Source of the DNA: Actinomycetales bacterium
Lineage (GTDB): Bacteria > Actinomycetota > Actinomycetes > Actinomycetales > Microbacteriaceae
Assembly (NCBI GenBank): GCA_038249035.1
Contig: JBBRWT010000001.1
Span: 1,247-65,246, forward strand
Direction: 5' to 3'
Length of the DNA: 64,000 nt
The notes beneath the pieces were generated by a model, which saw only the letters and a list, made by a program, of their open reading frames with translations, was not told where the DNA came from and made no database searches. The translations under genes and the position numbers were made by a program. Shown in pieces: positions 49,119 to 57,865 of this stretch (position 1 is the stretch's first letter; the number at the start of each line of letters is the position of its first letter).

Positions 49119-49823
49119 CTACGACTGTAGCTTGCCCAGGGCCGAACGGATGAGACTCGAGCGCACGATCTCGAGTTGCCCGGCGATCTCGCGGGCCAAC
49201 TCGGCGGCCTTTGCCCGGCTCGAGGGGTCGTTGCGGCGTGAGACCGGGATAAGGGCGCTCTCGATGAGCCCCAGCTCACGTTCCGCGGCGGCACGGAAAC
49301 CCCGGAGGTGCCGTGGCTCAATGCCGGACCGTTGAAGCTCGACGAGAGCCCGCAGAACCTGGACAGCATCATCTCCATAGGTGTCAGCAGGCGAAATAAG
49401 CGACGCTGAAATGGAGTCGGTGAGTAGCGCGATGCTCGCCCCCGCCTCGCGGGTGAGCTCGACACGCGAGTAACGGCGCTCGACGACGAGAATGGACGTG
49501 GGCACCGATCCGTTGGCGAGCAAGGCCGGAGTGCGCCCTGCTTCGATGTCATCGAGGTAGCCGCGAATGACCTTCAGGCGCAGGTAATGGTCGCGCTGCA
49601 TCGTGAGGATGAACCGCAGCCTGTCTACATCGGCCGCGCAGAATTTGCGATACCCCGATTCGGTGCGCGACGGCGAAACAAGCTGCTGCTCCTCAAGAAA
49701 ACGAAGCTTCGAGGGGGTGAGATCGGGAAATTCAGGGGTGAGCTTGGCGAGCACCTGCCCGATGCTCAGCAGCCCGCCTCCCGCCGCGGGGCGAGATGCA
49801 GCGGCCGTTGACCGCGACGCCAT
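49119..49823 (-). CDS. MerR family transcriptional regulator (FtsR/Rv1828-like, encoded directly after garA)
   Basis: HTH LLSIGQVLAKLTPEFPDLTPSKLRFLEEQQLVSPSRTESGYRKF. Its start shares one base with the garA stop (TGATG). Confidence 0.8.
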   Translation of the reverse strand: MASRSTAAASRPAAGGGLLSIGQVLAKLTPEFPDLTPSKLRFLEEQQLVSPSRTESGYRKFCAADVDRLRFILTMQRDHYLRLKVIRGYLDDIEAGRTPALLANGSVPTSILVVERRYSRVELTREAGASIALLTDSISASLISPADTYGDDAVQVLRALVELQRSGIEPRHLRGFRAAAERELGLIESALIPVSRRNDPSSRAKAAELAREIAGQLEIVRSSLIRSALGKLQS

Positions 49824-50302
49824 CAGGCCCCCGTGTTGAGGTCGACGCGCGATGCGTAGAACGTGAGGTGGAACTTGCCCACCTGCACTTCGCATCCGTC
49901 GGTGAGCACAACCGTTTCGTCGATCCGCTCACCGCTCATGAAGGTGCCATTAAGCGAACCGAGATCGCGCACAGAAAATCGAGTGCCCTGTCGCAAGAAC
50001 GTGGCGTGCTTACGCGAGACGGTTACGTCGTCGAGAAAGATGTCTGCTTCAGGATGCCGCCCCGCTACGGTCACGTCGGCGTCGAGCAAGAATCGCGCAC
50101 CGGCATTGGGCCCACGGCGCACGATGAGCAGGGCCGATGCCGACGGCAAAGCACCGATGACCTCTTGCTCTTCAACGCTGACTCCGGCTTCAAGCGCAGC
50201 GAGCTGCGCGGCAAACTCAGGCCCGTAGTTCACCGTGGTCTCGTGCGGTCGGTATGCGCCCGGAGTCGCGTCGTTGTGCTCGTCAGGCGGGGTTTCAGCC
50301 AT
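49823..50302 (-). CDS. garA: FHA-domain regulator GarA/OdhI
   Basis: N-terminal ETTV phospho-threonine motif. The C-terminal FHA domain contains GRHPEADIFLDDVTVSRKHA...SLNGTF. Start at ATG 50302. Confidence 0.88.
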   Translation of the reverse strand: MAETPPDEHNDATPGAYRPHETTVNYGPEFAAQLAALEAGVSVEEQEVIGALPSASALLIVRRGPNAGARFLLDADVTVAGRHPEADIFLDDVTVSRKHATFLRQGTRFSVRDLGSLNGTFMSGERIDETVVLTDGCEVQVGKFHLTFYASRVDLNTGA

Positions 50303-50951
50303 CCGTCGACCTCCTTTGCTCGCCCAGCGTATCCGATGTATTGAGGCTCGCTCGCGGTACTTTCGCGATGAGGTCGCGGGTCTGTCGCAGGTAAATGAAG
50401 CCCGCCGACCAGTAGAGGAAGGCCCCCCAGATCGTGAAGGCCCAGCCGATGGGGTCACTCACCGCCTGAATCGCTGGGAACGCCTGACCGAGCACGAGAA
50501 TGGGCAGCGCGTAGAACAGAGCGAAGGTGGCGAGTTTGCCCAGATGGTGAACGGGCAGCGGCCCGTAGCCGTGCTGTGCGAGCACGAGACCGAGACCGGC
50601 CAGGAATACGTCGCGGCCCACGATGACCGCGACGACCCACCAGGGCACGACCTCGCGCACGGCGAGCGCGATCACTGCAGCGAAGATGAAAAGTCGGTCA
50701 GCGGCCGGGTCGAGCAGCTGCCCCAGCTTGGTGATCTGGCTGAACCGACGGGCGATAATGCCGTCAAGGAAGTCGCTCAGGCTCGAAACGATAATGACGA
50801 TGAGTGCGGCGAGATCCTGCTCAGTAAGCACCAGCACGAGAAATACCGGCACGAGCACAATGCGCAGAGCGCTCAGCGCATTCGGCACCGTCACAATGCG
50901 CTCGCTGATGACCGGCCCGACCGGGCCCGGGCTGCTCAGCGGCTGCGACAC
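50295..50951 (-). CDS. pgsA: CDP-alcohol phosphatidyltransferase (PgsA-type)
   Basis: D-G-x2-A-R-x8-G-x3-D-x3-D motif (DGIIARRFSQITKLGQLLDPAADRL). Confidence 0.88.
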   Translation of the reverse strand: MSQPLSSPGPVGPVISERIVTVPNALSALRIVLVPVFLVLVLTEQDLAALIVIIVSSLSDFLDGIIARRFSQITKLGQLLDPAADRLFIFAAVIALAVREVVPWWVVAVIVGRDVFLAGLGLVLAQHGYGPLPVHHLGKLATFALFYALPILVLGQAFPAIQAVSDPIGWAFTIWGAFLYWSAGFIYLRQTRDLIAKVPRASLNTSDTLGEQRRSTDG

Positions 50952-51013
50952 GAGGCCAGTCTAGTGAGCCGCGCGGGCGCGTGAGAGGGGCATCCGGCGC
51001 TAGCCTGTCGGCC

Positions 51014-51847
51014 ATGGACGCCATTGTGATCGTGCTGGGCATCGCCGCCGGGGTCAGCCTATTCACGTGGGTTGCTTCGTTGCTCACCGGTGACTTCTCG
51101 TGGGTCGATCGCATCTGGTCGATCGTGCCGGTCGTCTACGTTGCCGTGTTGTGGGCGGCGACAGGCTTCACCGATGCTCGGCTCACGATCATGACGGTGC
51201 TGGTGACCCTGTGGGGGGCGAGGCTCACGTTCAACTTCGCGCGTAAGGGGGGCTACCGCGGGGTCGAAGACTATCGCTGGCCGATTCTGCGTGAGCGCAT
51301 GAGCCCGGCACAGTTCCAGGTGTTCAACCTGCTGTTCATCGTGCTCTTTCAAAACGCGCTACTGGTGCTCATCGCACTGCCCGCGTTCGCCGCCTTCGAG
51401 AATCAGGGGACGGCGGTCGGGCCGCTCGACTGGGGACTCGCGGTGCTGTTCCTGGTCATGCTCATCGGCGAATTCGTGGCCGACCAGCAGCAGTGGACGT
51501 TCCACCAGGCCAAACAAGTTGCAATCGCCGCCGGGCATGCCCCCGAGTCCAACTTCGCAACGACGGGCCTCTGGCGCCTGAGTCGACACCCGAACTTCTT
51601 CTTCGAGCAGGCCCAGTGGTGGGTGTTCTACGCCATGGGCGCAGCCGCGCTCGGGGCCGTTGTGCACTGGACACTGGTGGGGCCCATACTGCTCACTGCT
51701 CTCTTCATCGGGTCCACTCGGTTCACCGAGGAGATCTCGCTCAGCAGGTACCCGGAGTACGCGAACTACCAGAGCCGCACGTCGATGCTGATTCCGTGGA
51801 TTTCCCGAGAGCGCCGTGCCGCTACCGCGGATGCAGCCGCTGTCTGA
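51014..51847 (+). CDS. DUF1295 / steroid 5-alpha-reductase-like membrane protein
   Basis: Polytopic, with C-terminal WRLSRHPNFFFEQAQWWVFY. ATG 51014 preferred over GTG 50981. Confidence 0.8.
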   Translation: MDAIVIVLGIAAGVSLFTWVASLLTGDFSWVDRIWSIVPVVYVAVLWAATGFTDARLTIMTVLVTLWGARLTFNFARKGGYRGVEDYRWPILRERMSPAQFQVFNLLFIVLFQNALLVLIALPAFAAFENQGTAVGPLDWGLAVLFLVMLIGEFVADQQQWTFHQAKQVAIAAGHAPESNFATTGLWRLSRHPNFFFEQAQWWVFYAMGAAALGAVVHWTLVGPILLTALFIGSTRFTEEISLSRYPEYANYQSRTSMLIPWISRERRAATADAAAV

Positions 51848-51861
51848 ATATCGTCATCGCC

Positions 51862-52341
51862 ATGTCGTGCATTCGGTTCAATACCCCCGCTCAGCGCCGT
51901 CAGCTCGCTGCCGACGCACCCGTCATGCTCACCTTTGACGCGCCAGTCGCGCAGTTCCTCTCCCCCGCGGTGACGGCGTCGAAGATCGCGCGCATCCGTC
52001 GGCTCGCCGCTGACCCCAACCCGAAGATTCGAGAGAGTGCGGCGTTGTCGTACCACGCCCCTCTCGAGATCTACGAGGCGCTCTCGCGCGACTCCGACGC
52101 GGGTGTGCGCGCGTGCATTGCCAAGAACGAGCACGTGCCGTGCGACATTCTGCGTCGGCTAGCCGCTGACCCCGACGAACGCGTGCGGGGCTTCGTGGCG
52201 ATCAACTATTTCGTACCCGCCGATGCCATGAAGGTGCTCGCCGACGACTCAAGCACGATCGTGCGCGGGCTCGTCAGCTGGAAGGCTTCGCTCGCCGAGC
52301 TCGAGCAGGCGCTGCCTCAGCGGCAGCCCGTCAGCGTCTAG
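51862..52341 (+). CDS. hypothetical protein with leucine-rich-variant (LRV/HEAT-like) repeats
   Basis: Four repeats of about 24 residues: LAADPNPKIRESAA, LSRDSDAGVRACIA, LAADPDERVRGFVA and LADDSSTIVRGLV. Confidence 0.6.
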   Translation: MSCIRFNTPAQRRQLAADAPVMLTFDAPVAQFLSPAVTASKIARIRRLAADPNPKIRESAALSYHAPLEIYEALSRDSDAGVRACIAKNEHVPCDILRRLAADPDERVRGFVAINYFVPADAMKVLADDSSTIVRGLVSWKASLAELEQALPQRQPVSV

Positions 52342-52346
52342 CCATC

Positions 52347-53117
52347 TCAGGCCCGTGGCTGGTCGGCAGACGCGAAGGAAAAGCGCCCGACAAGACGGTC
52401 GGGTAACCGTCGCAACAGCCCAGCGATCAGGCGATACCGGAGTGTCGGAATCACCACCGACTTGCCGCGGTCGATGCCCCGAAGCGCGAGCCGCACCAGA
52501 CGCGGTGCGTCGAGCCAGAGAAACGACGGAATTCCCTTTATCGAGACGCCCATGCGGTCGTGGAACTCGGTGTGAGTGAAGCCCGGACAGACCGCAGTGA
52601 CGGTGACGCCACGGTCGTTTAGCGCGAGATTTGCCCCGCGGGCAAAGGAAACCCCCCAGGCTTTCGCAGCCGAATAGGTTCCGAGCGGCGTGAAGGCGGC
52701 AACGCTCGAGATGATCACCACCCGTCCGCGCCCTCGTGCAACCATGCCGCGCAGCGCCGTGTGCGAGAGCTGTAGGGGAACGCTGACATGAATATCGAGG
52801 TGCCGCTTCTCATCGCCCCAGCTCGTCGACACGATGTCACCGTCGAGTCCGTAGCCAGCATTGTTGATGAGCACATCAATCGGTCGCCGGTCGGCGGCGA
52901 GCCGCCGGTCGACAGCGGCGAGACCGTCGGCGCTCAGCAGGTCGGCAGCAATGACCTCGACGTGCACGTCGAACTCGTGCTGCAGGGTGGCCGCGCTGCT
53001 CGCGAGCCGTTCGGCGTCGCGCGCGACAATCACGAGGTCGTAACCTTTCGCCGCGAGCTGCCGAGCGAACTCTGCACCGATGCCTGCCGTCGCACCCGTG
53101 ATCAGAGCTGTCGTCAT
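52347..53117 (-). CDS. short-chain dehydrogenase/reductase (SDR)
   Basis: TGATAGIG cofactor motif and the catalytic YSAAK. Start at ATG 53117. Confidence 0.88.
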   Translation of the reverse strand: MTTALITGATAGIGAEFARQLAAKGYDLVIVARDAERLASSAATLQHEFDVHVEVIAADLLSADGLAAVDRRLAADRRPIDVLINNAGYGLDGDIVSTSWGDEKRHLDIHVSVPLQLSHTALRGMVARGRGRVVIISSVAAFTPLGTYSAAKAWGVSFARGANLALNDRGVTVTAVCPGFTHTEFHDRMGVSIKGIPSFLWLDAPRLVRLALRGIDRGKSVVIPTLRYRLIAGLLRRLPDRLVGRFSFASADQPRA

Positions 53118-53127
53118 AGTCCTCAGG

Positions 53128-54492
53128 CTACTGGCTGGCCCATTCTCGAGGGCCGCTGCTGCCCGCCGCATAGCTGTCAAGCGGCACCGCCCCACTTCGC
53201 CACGTCGCCAGCACGGGGTCGACGAGACCCCAGCAGGCCTCGACGATGTCGCCGCGCACCGAGAGCGTGTCATCGCCGTCAAGGATGCCCGCGATTACCT
53301 CCCCGTAGGCAGTGAGTTTCCCCTTGGCAAAATAGGTCGACAGGGTCACCCGATCAAGCGTGAAGGGATCATGCGCGCCATTGATGTCGAGTTCGATGGC
53401 CAGTTTTTCGGGTGCCAGCGAGACGATGATCGACGTCGGCGGGGCGTCGCCACGCAGACCGGCGGGTCGATTGTGAGACTTGCGCAACACCAACCGGATC
53501 TCGGTGACCGGCTCACCAAGAGCCTTACCGCTCCGAAGCACAATGGGAACTCCCGCAAACCGATTGTGAATACTCTCGAGTTCGAGTTCCACGAGTGTTT
53601 CAGTATTCCGTTCCGCGTCAACCCCATCTTCGTCGACATAGGCCGGCACGTTCACGCCGTCAACGTTTCCTGCGGTAAACCGTGCGCGACGCGAGGCCTC
53701 GGCCGGTTCACCGCGTAGGCGTGTGGCGGCGAGAGCAGCCATCATTGAATCGTGAAGGTGGTGGGGGTCGAGGCTTGGCGGCGCATCCATCGTGACGAGG
53801 GCGTGCACAAGAAGCAGGTGGCTTTGAATCATGTCGACAAGCGCGCCCACACGGTCGTAATACTCCGCTCGACCTTCCAGTGCAAGCGACTCATCGAAAC
53901 GGATCTCGATCGACGCCACGTGATCAGCATTCCAGATGGCTTCGATCGCTCGATTCGCGAATCGCAAACCCAAAAGATTAAGCACGGTCGACATACCCAA
54001 GAAGTGATCCACGCGATGCACCTGTGACTCGGGTATCAAGCGCGCGAGACGCGCGTTGAGCGCAGCCGCCGTTCGGCCGTCGACACCGAAAGGCTTCTCG
54101 ATCGCCAAACGCAGATCGTCGGGGAACCTCACCGACCCCAGGGCGTCAACGACCGACTCGCTCACCTGGGGGGGAAGCGCGAGATACAGGACAGGCGAAT
54201 TGGGTGCCTCGTCGAACAAACGCTGCAGGGTCTCAGGCTCGGTGACGTCGCCCGACGCATAGCGCGCAGTCTCACGCACCCGGTCGCGTATCGGTCCACT
54301 GCCGATTGAACGCTCGAGTGCCGCCTGCCAATCCGGCGCCGATTCGGCCATGCGTCCTACACCCATCAGGTCAATGTCGAGAGGCCTTCCGCCGCTCTCG
54401 GCCATTGCTATCACCGAATCCAGGCCGGGAAGTAGGAGTCGCTGGGTGAGGTCGCCGGTGGCGCCAAGAATGATCAAGGTGCGTGCAGACAT
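53128..54492 (-). CDS. zwf: glucose-6-phosphate dehydrogenase-like protein (divergent short paralogue)
   Basis: Motifs GATGDL, IEKPFG, RVDHFLGMS and MIQSH. The signature lysine is replaced by Met. Start at ATG 54492. Confidence 0.85.
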   Translation of the reverse strand: MSARTLIILGATGDLTQRLLLPGLDSVIAMAESGGRPLDIDLMGVGRMAESAPDWQAALERSIGSGPIRDRVRETARYASGDVTEPETLQRLFDEAPNSPVLYLALPPQVSESVVDALGSVRFPDDLRLAIEKPFGVDGRTAAALNARLARLIPESQVHRVDHFLGMSTVLNLLGLRFANRAIEAIWNADHVASIEIRFDESLALEGRAEYYDRVGALVDMIQSHLLLVHALVTMDAPPSLDPHHLHDSMMAALAATRLRGEPAEASRRARFTAGNVDGVNVPAYVDEDGVDAERNTETLVELELESIHNRFAGVPIVLRSGKALGEPVTEIRLVLRKSHNRPAGLRGDAPPTSIIVSLAPEKLAIELDINGAHDPFTLDRVTLSTYFAKGKLTAYGEVIAGILDGDDTLSVRGDIVEACWGLVDPVLATWRSGAVPLDSYAAGSSGPREWASQ

Positions 54493-54542
54493 AGCTCTAC
54501 GGTACCGAGAGGCCCTTGCGCCCCGTCTGGTTGGATGGGCTG

Positions 54543-56330
54543 ATGACATTGCCCGAACCCATCGAAAACTACGCAATGATCGGCGACTGCCGGTCAGCTG
54601 CCCTCGTGAGCCGTGGGGGATCCATCGACTGGCTGTGCATGCCACGCTTCGACTCTGCCTCGATGTTCGCCCGTCTTTTGGGCTCTGATGATCACGGGCA
54701 CTGGACCCTGAGACCCGTCAACGCCGTCGAGTGCACCGATCGGCGGTATGAAGAAGACACGTTCATTCTGGTGACTCGCTGGGTTACCGAAACGGGAGAA
54801 GTCGACGTCATCGACCTTATGCCGCACGGTGACGGCGCTGCCGACCTCGCCCGACGCGTCGTCGGGATCAGTGGAGAAGTTCAGATCGAGCAGATCTTGC
54901 GCATCCGTTTCGACTACGCCAGCGCCATGCCGTGGATGCGGCAAGTGGGTACCGATGACGAGCCCGCGCTCGTCGCGATCGCCGGGCCCGACGCCGTCAT
55001 CGTGCGCGGGCCCGCCTTCACCTCCGTCGACCACTCGCACCGCACCGAGTTCACCGTTCGCGAAGGTGACGTGGTCGACACCGTTATGACCTGGTTCCCC
55101 TCGCACCACGCACCCCGCGACCTCAGAAGTCTCGACGACCGCATTGACGAGACCCGCGCGTGGTGGCGGCAATGGGCTCGAGCATGTACCGAGCCTGGAG
55201 CCTACGACCGGGAGGTGCGCCGATCGCTCCTCGTGCTTCGCGCTCTCACCCATGAGTCGACCGGCGGAATCGTGGCAGCGCCCACAACGAGCCTGCCGGA
55301 GACGATGGGCGGGTCGCGTAACTGGGACTACCGCTATGTATGTCTACGCGATGCCGCGTTGACCCTCGAAGCTTTGATGCTGCACGGGTACGAGCGCGAG
55401 GCGCAAGATTGGCGAGACTGGCTGCTGCGGGCCATCGCGGGTGACCCCGAAGACGTGCAGATCATGTATGGGCTGTCAGGTGAGCGTCGACTGAACGAGC
55501 ATGAGCTGGCAGGGTTGCCCGGCTACCGGGGTTCTACACCGGTGCGCATCGGCAACGGGGCCTTCACCCAGTTTCAAGGCGACATCTTCGGCGAGGTGCT
55601 CATCGCGCTCTGCAGGGCGCGCGAGCTCGGTGTCACAGAAGACGACTTCTCGTGGCCGCTGCAGGTCAGTCTGCTGAACCACGTCGCCGAGCACCTCGAC
55701 CGCGAAGACAACGGCATCTGGGAGATTCGGGGCCCCCACCGACGCTTCACGCACTCTCGAGCCATGCTGTGGGCCGCCTTCGATCGCGGTATCTCGGCCG
55801 TGCACGAGCACGGACTTGAGGGGCCCGTCGAGCAGTGGGAGAACCTGCGCGCAACCCTGCGAGATGAGATTGAGCGCGAGGGTTTCGACAGCGAACGACA
55901 GCACTACGTGCAGCACTATGACACGACTGAAGTCGACGCCTCACTGCTGCAACTGGCGCAGATCGGATACGTGGACTATGACGATCCACGAATGCTCGGC
56001 ACGGTTGCCGAGATCGAGCGCACGCTGCTTCGCGGTGGGTTGCCCCTGCGCTACCGCACCGAAAGTGGTGTGGACGGTCTCGAGGGTGAGGAGCACCCGT
56101 TTCTTGCCTGCGCCTTCTGGCTCGCCGAGCAGTATGCGTACTCGGGTCGACTCGACGACGCGACAACTTTGATGGATCGTCTGGTCGGCCTGTCGAATGA
56201 CGTCGGTCTCTTGTCAGAGGAGTACGACGTCGAGAACGAGTGCCACATGGGCAACACTCCCCAGGCGCTCTCGCATCTGTCGCTCGTGCGGGCCGCTGAT
56301 GCGATCGCAGCGGCACGGCTGCGGCGATGA
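54543..56330 (+). CDS. glycoside hydrolase family 15 (glucoamylase/trehalase-like)
   Basis: N-terminus IENYAMIGDCRSAALVSRGGSIDWLCMPRFDS and a C-terminal (alpha/alpha)6-type region. Start is ATG 54543 or TTG 54516. Confidence 0.88.
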   Translation: MTLPEPIENYAMIGDCRSAALVSRGGSIDWLCMPRFDSASMFARLLGSDDHGHWTLRPVNAVECTDRRYEEDTFILVTRWVTETGEVDVIDLMPHGDGAADLARRVVGISGEVQIEQILRIRFDYASAMPWMRQVGTDDEPALVAIAGPDAVIVRGPAFTSVDHSHRTEFTVREGDVVDTVMTWFPSHHAPRDLRSLDDRIDETRAWWRQWARACTEPGAYDREVRRSLLVLRALTHESTGGIVAAPTTSLPETMGGSRNWDYRYVCLRDAALTLEALMLHGYEREAQDWRDWLLRAIAGDPEDVQIMYGLSGERRLNEHELAGLPGYRGSTPVRIGNGAFTQFQGDIFGEVLIALCRARELGVTEDDFSWPLQVSLLNHVAEHLDREDNGIWEIRGPHRRFTHSRAMLWAAFDRGISAVHEHGLEGPVEQWENLRATLRDEIEREGFDSERQHYVQHYDTTEVDASLLQLAQIGYVDYDDPRMLGTVAEIERTLLRGGLPLRYRTESGVDGLEGEEHPFLACAFWLAEQYAYSGRLDDATTLMDRLVGLSNDVGLLSEEYDVENECHMGNTPQALSHLSLVRAADAIAAARLRR

Positions 56331-56719
56331 CGCAGGGCGCCGCACGCGTGGATGCGTGGACGTGGGCGATTCGCCTGTACTCCACGCGCTCGGCCGCGAC
56401 CGCCGCGGCCAAGGCGGGTCACATTAAGGTCAATGGGGCGTCAGCCAAACCAGCTCAGCTCGTGCGCATCGGCGACCAGGTGCGCGCCCTCACACCGTCG
56501 GGTGAGCGCACCGTCGTCGTGACGGGAATCATCACCAAACGCACGAGCGCCCCGCTGGCCGCTCTCAACTTCGACGACCTGACGCCGCCCCCTCCCCCGC
56601 GCGAGGAGCGACCGGCCACCGTGTTGCGCGAGCGCGGCGCGGGGCGCCCCACCAAGCGAGATCGTCGTCTCATTGAGCGACTTCGGGGGCGCAACGCCAA
56701 CGACGAGGATGTCGACTGA
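56327..56719 (+). CDS. S4-domain RNA-binding protein (Hsp15-like)
   Basis: RVDAWTWAIRLYSTRSAATAAAKAGHIKVNG. ATGA overlap with the GH15 stop. Confidence 0.8.
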   Translation: MTQGAARVDAWTWAIRLYSTRSAATAAAKAGHIKVNGASAKPAQLVRIGDQVRALTPSGERTVVVTGIITKRTSAPLAALNFDDLTPPPPPREERPATVLRERGAGRPTKRDRRLIERLRGRNANDEDVD

Positions 56720-56763
56720 GCGGGCAGCGCCCCGCACCGCCTCGCCTCAGTACTCGCTGAGAG

Positions 56764-57720
56764 CTAGCTGAGGTCGAGCGCGGCGAGCGACTCGCGAATC
56801 GCCTCTGCTGAGGTGTGCAGCAGTCGCTCTTCTTCGGCAGAGAACGGCACCTCGATGACCCGCGAGACACCGGCGGCATCGACGATGCTCGGCACCGAGA
56901 GCGCGACGCCACTGACGCCGCGATAGTTGTCGAGCATCGAACTCACGGGCAAAATCGCGCCCTCGTCGTTCAACACGGCTTCGACGATGCGCGCGCCCGA
57001 GAGCCCGATCGCGTAGTTGGTGGCGCCCTTGCCGGCGATCACTTTGTAGGCGGCGTTCTTCACTTCGTCGGCGATGCGGTCCAGCTCTTCAACGGTCATC
57101 GAGTCACCAGAGGCATCAACCCACTCGCGAATCGGGATCGGGCCGATGCGACTCTGTGACCACAGCGGAAACTCGCTGTCTCCGTGCTCTCCGACGATCA
57201 TCGCGTGGATGCTGGACGGGGCAACATCGAAGCGCTCAGCGAGTCGCCACCGCAGCCGGGAGCTGTCGAGCACGGTGCCGCTCGAAAATACGCGCCCGGC
57301 GGGCAACCCACTGAAACGTTGCGCGGCGACCGCGAGTACATCGCAGGGGTTCGTCACGAGCACGTACACCGCGTTCGGCGCACGCTCCACGAGCTCGGGC
57401 ATCAGGGACCGCAGAATCCCCACGTTGACCCCCGCCAAGTCGAGACGGCTCTGGCCGGGGTGCTGCTTGGCTCCCGCGGTGACGACCACCACGTTCGCCC
57501 CCGCGATCACATCGAGGTCGGCTCCTCCAGTGATGGTGCTCGAACCGGTAAACGGCGTGCCGTGGGCGAGGTCAAGCACCTCTGCTTCGACCCGCGGGGC
57601 GTCGATGTCGTACAGCACCACCTCGCGCGCAGACCCGCGAATGAGGGAAGCGTAGGCGAGGGACGAGCCGACAGCCCCGGCTCCGATGATGGCCAGGCGG
57701 GAGTTTTCGATAACGGTCAT
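56764..57720 (-). CDS. ldh: L-lactate dehydrogenase
   Basis: Motifs IGAGAVGSS, VTNPCD and the catalytic-His context GEHGDSE. Confidence 0.93.
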   Translation of the reverse strand: MTVIENSRLAIIGAGAVGSSLAYASLIRGSAREVVLYDIDAPRVEAEVLDLAHGTPFTGSSTITGGADLDVIAGANVVVVTAGAKQHPGQSRLDLAGVNVGILRSLMPELVERAPNAVYVLVTNPCDVLAVAAQRFSGLPAGRVFSSGTVLDSSRLRWRLAERFDVAPSSIHAMIVGEHGDSEFPLWSQSRIGPIPIREWVDASGDSMTVEELDRIADEVKNAAYKVIAGKGATNYAIGLSGARIVEAVLNDEGAILPVSSMLDNYRGVSGVALSVPSIVDAAGVSRVIEVPFSAEEERLLHTSAEAIRESLAALDLS

Positions 57721-57865
57721 GACCCCAGCCTGTCGGAGTGATGCTCAACACGCTAGGGCCGTTTGGCCTGGGCTCGTGACCCATCGCGAAAGAAGGGCCT
57801 TTCGACACTGGTCGGGCCGAGCACCGAATCCTTAGCCTGAGAGAAACCCGTGTCAGGAGAACCCC

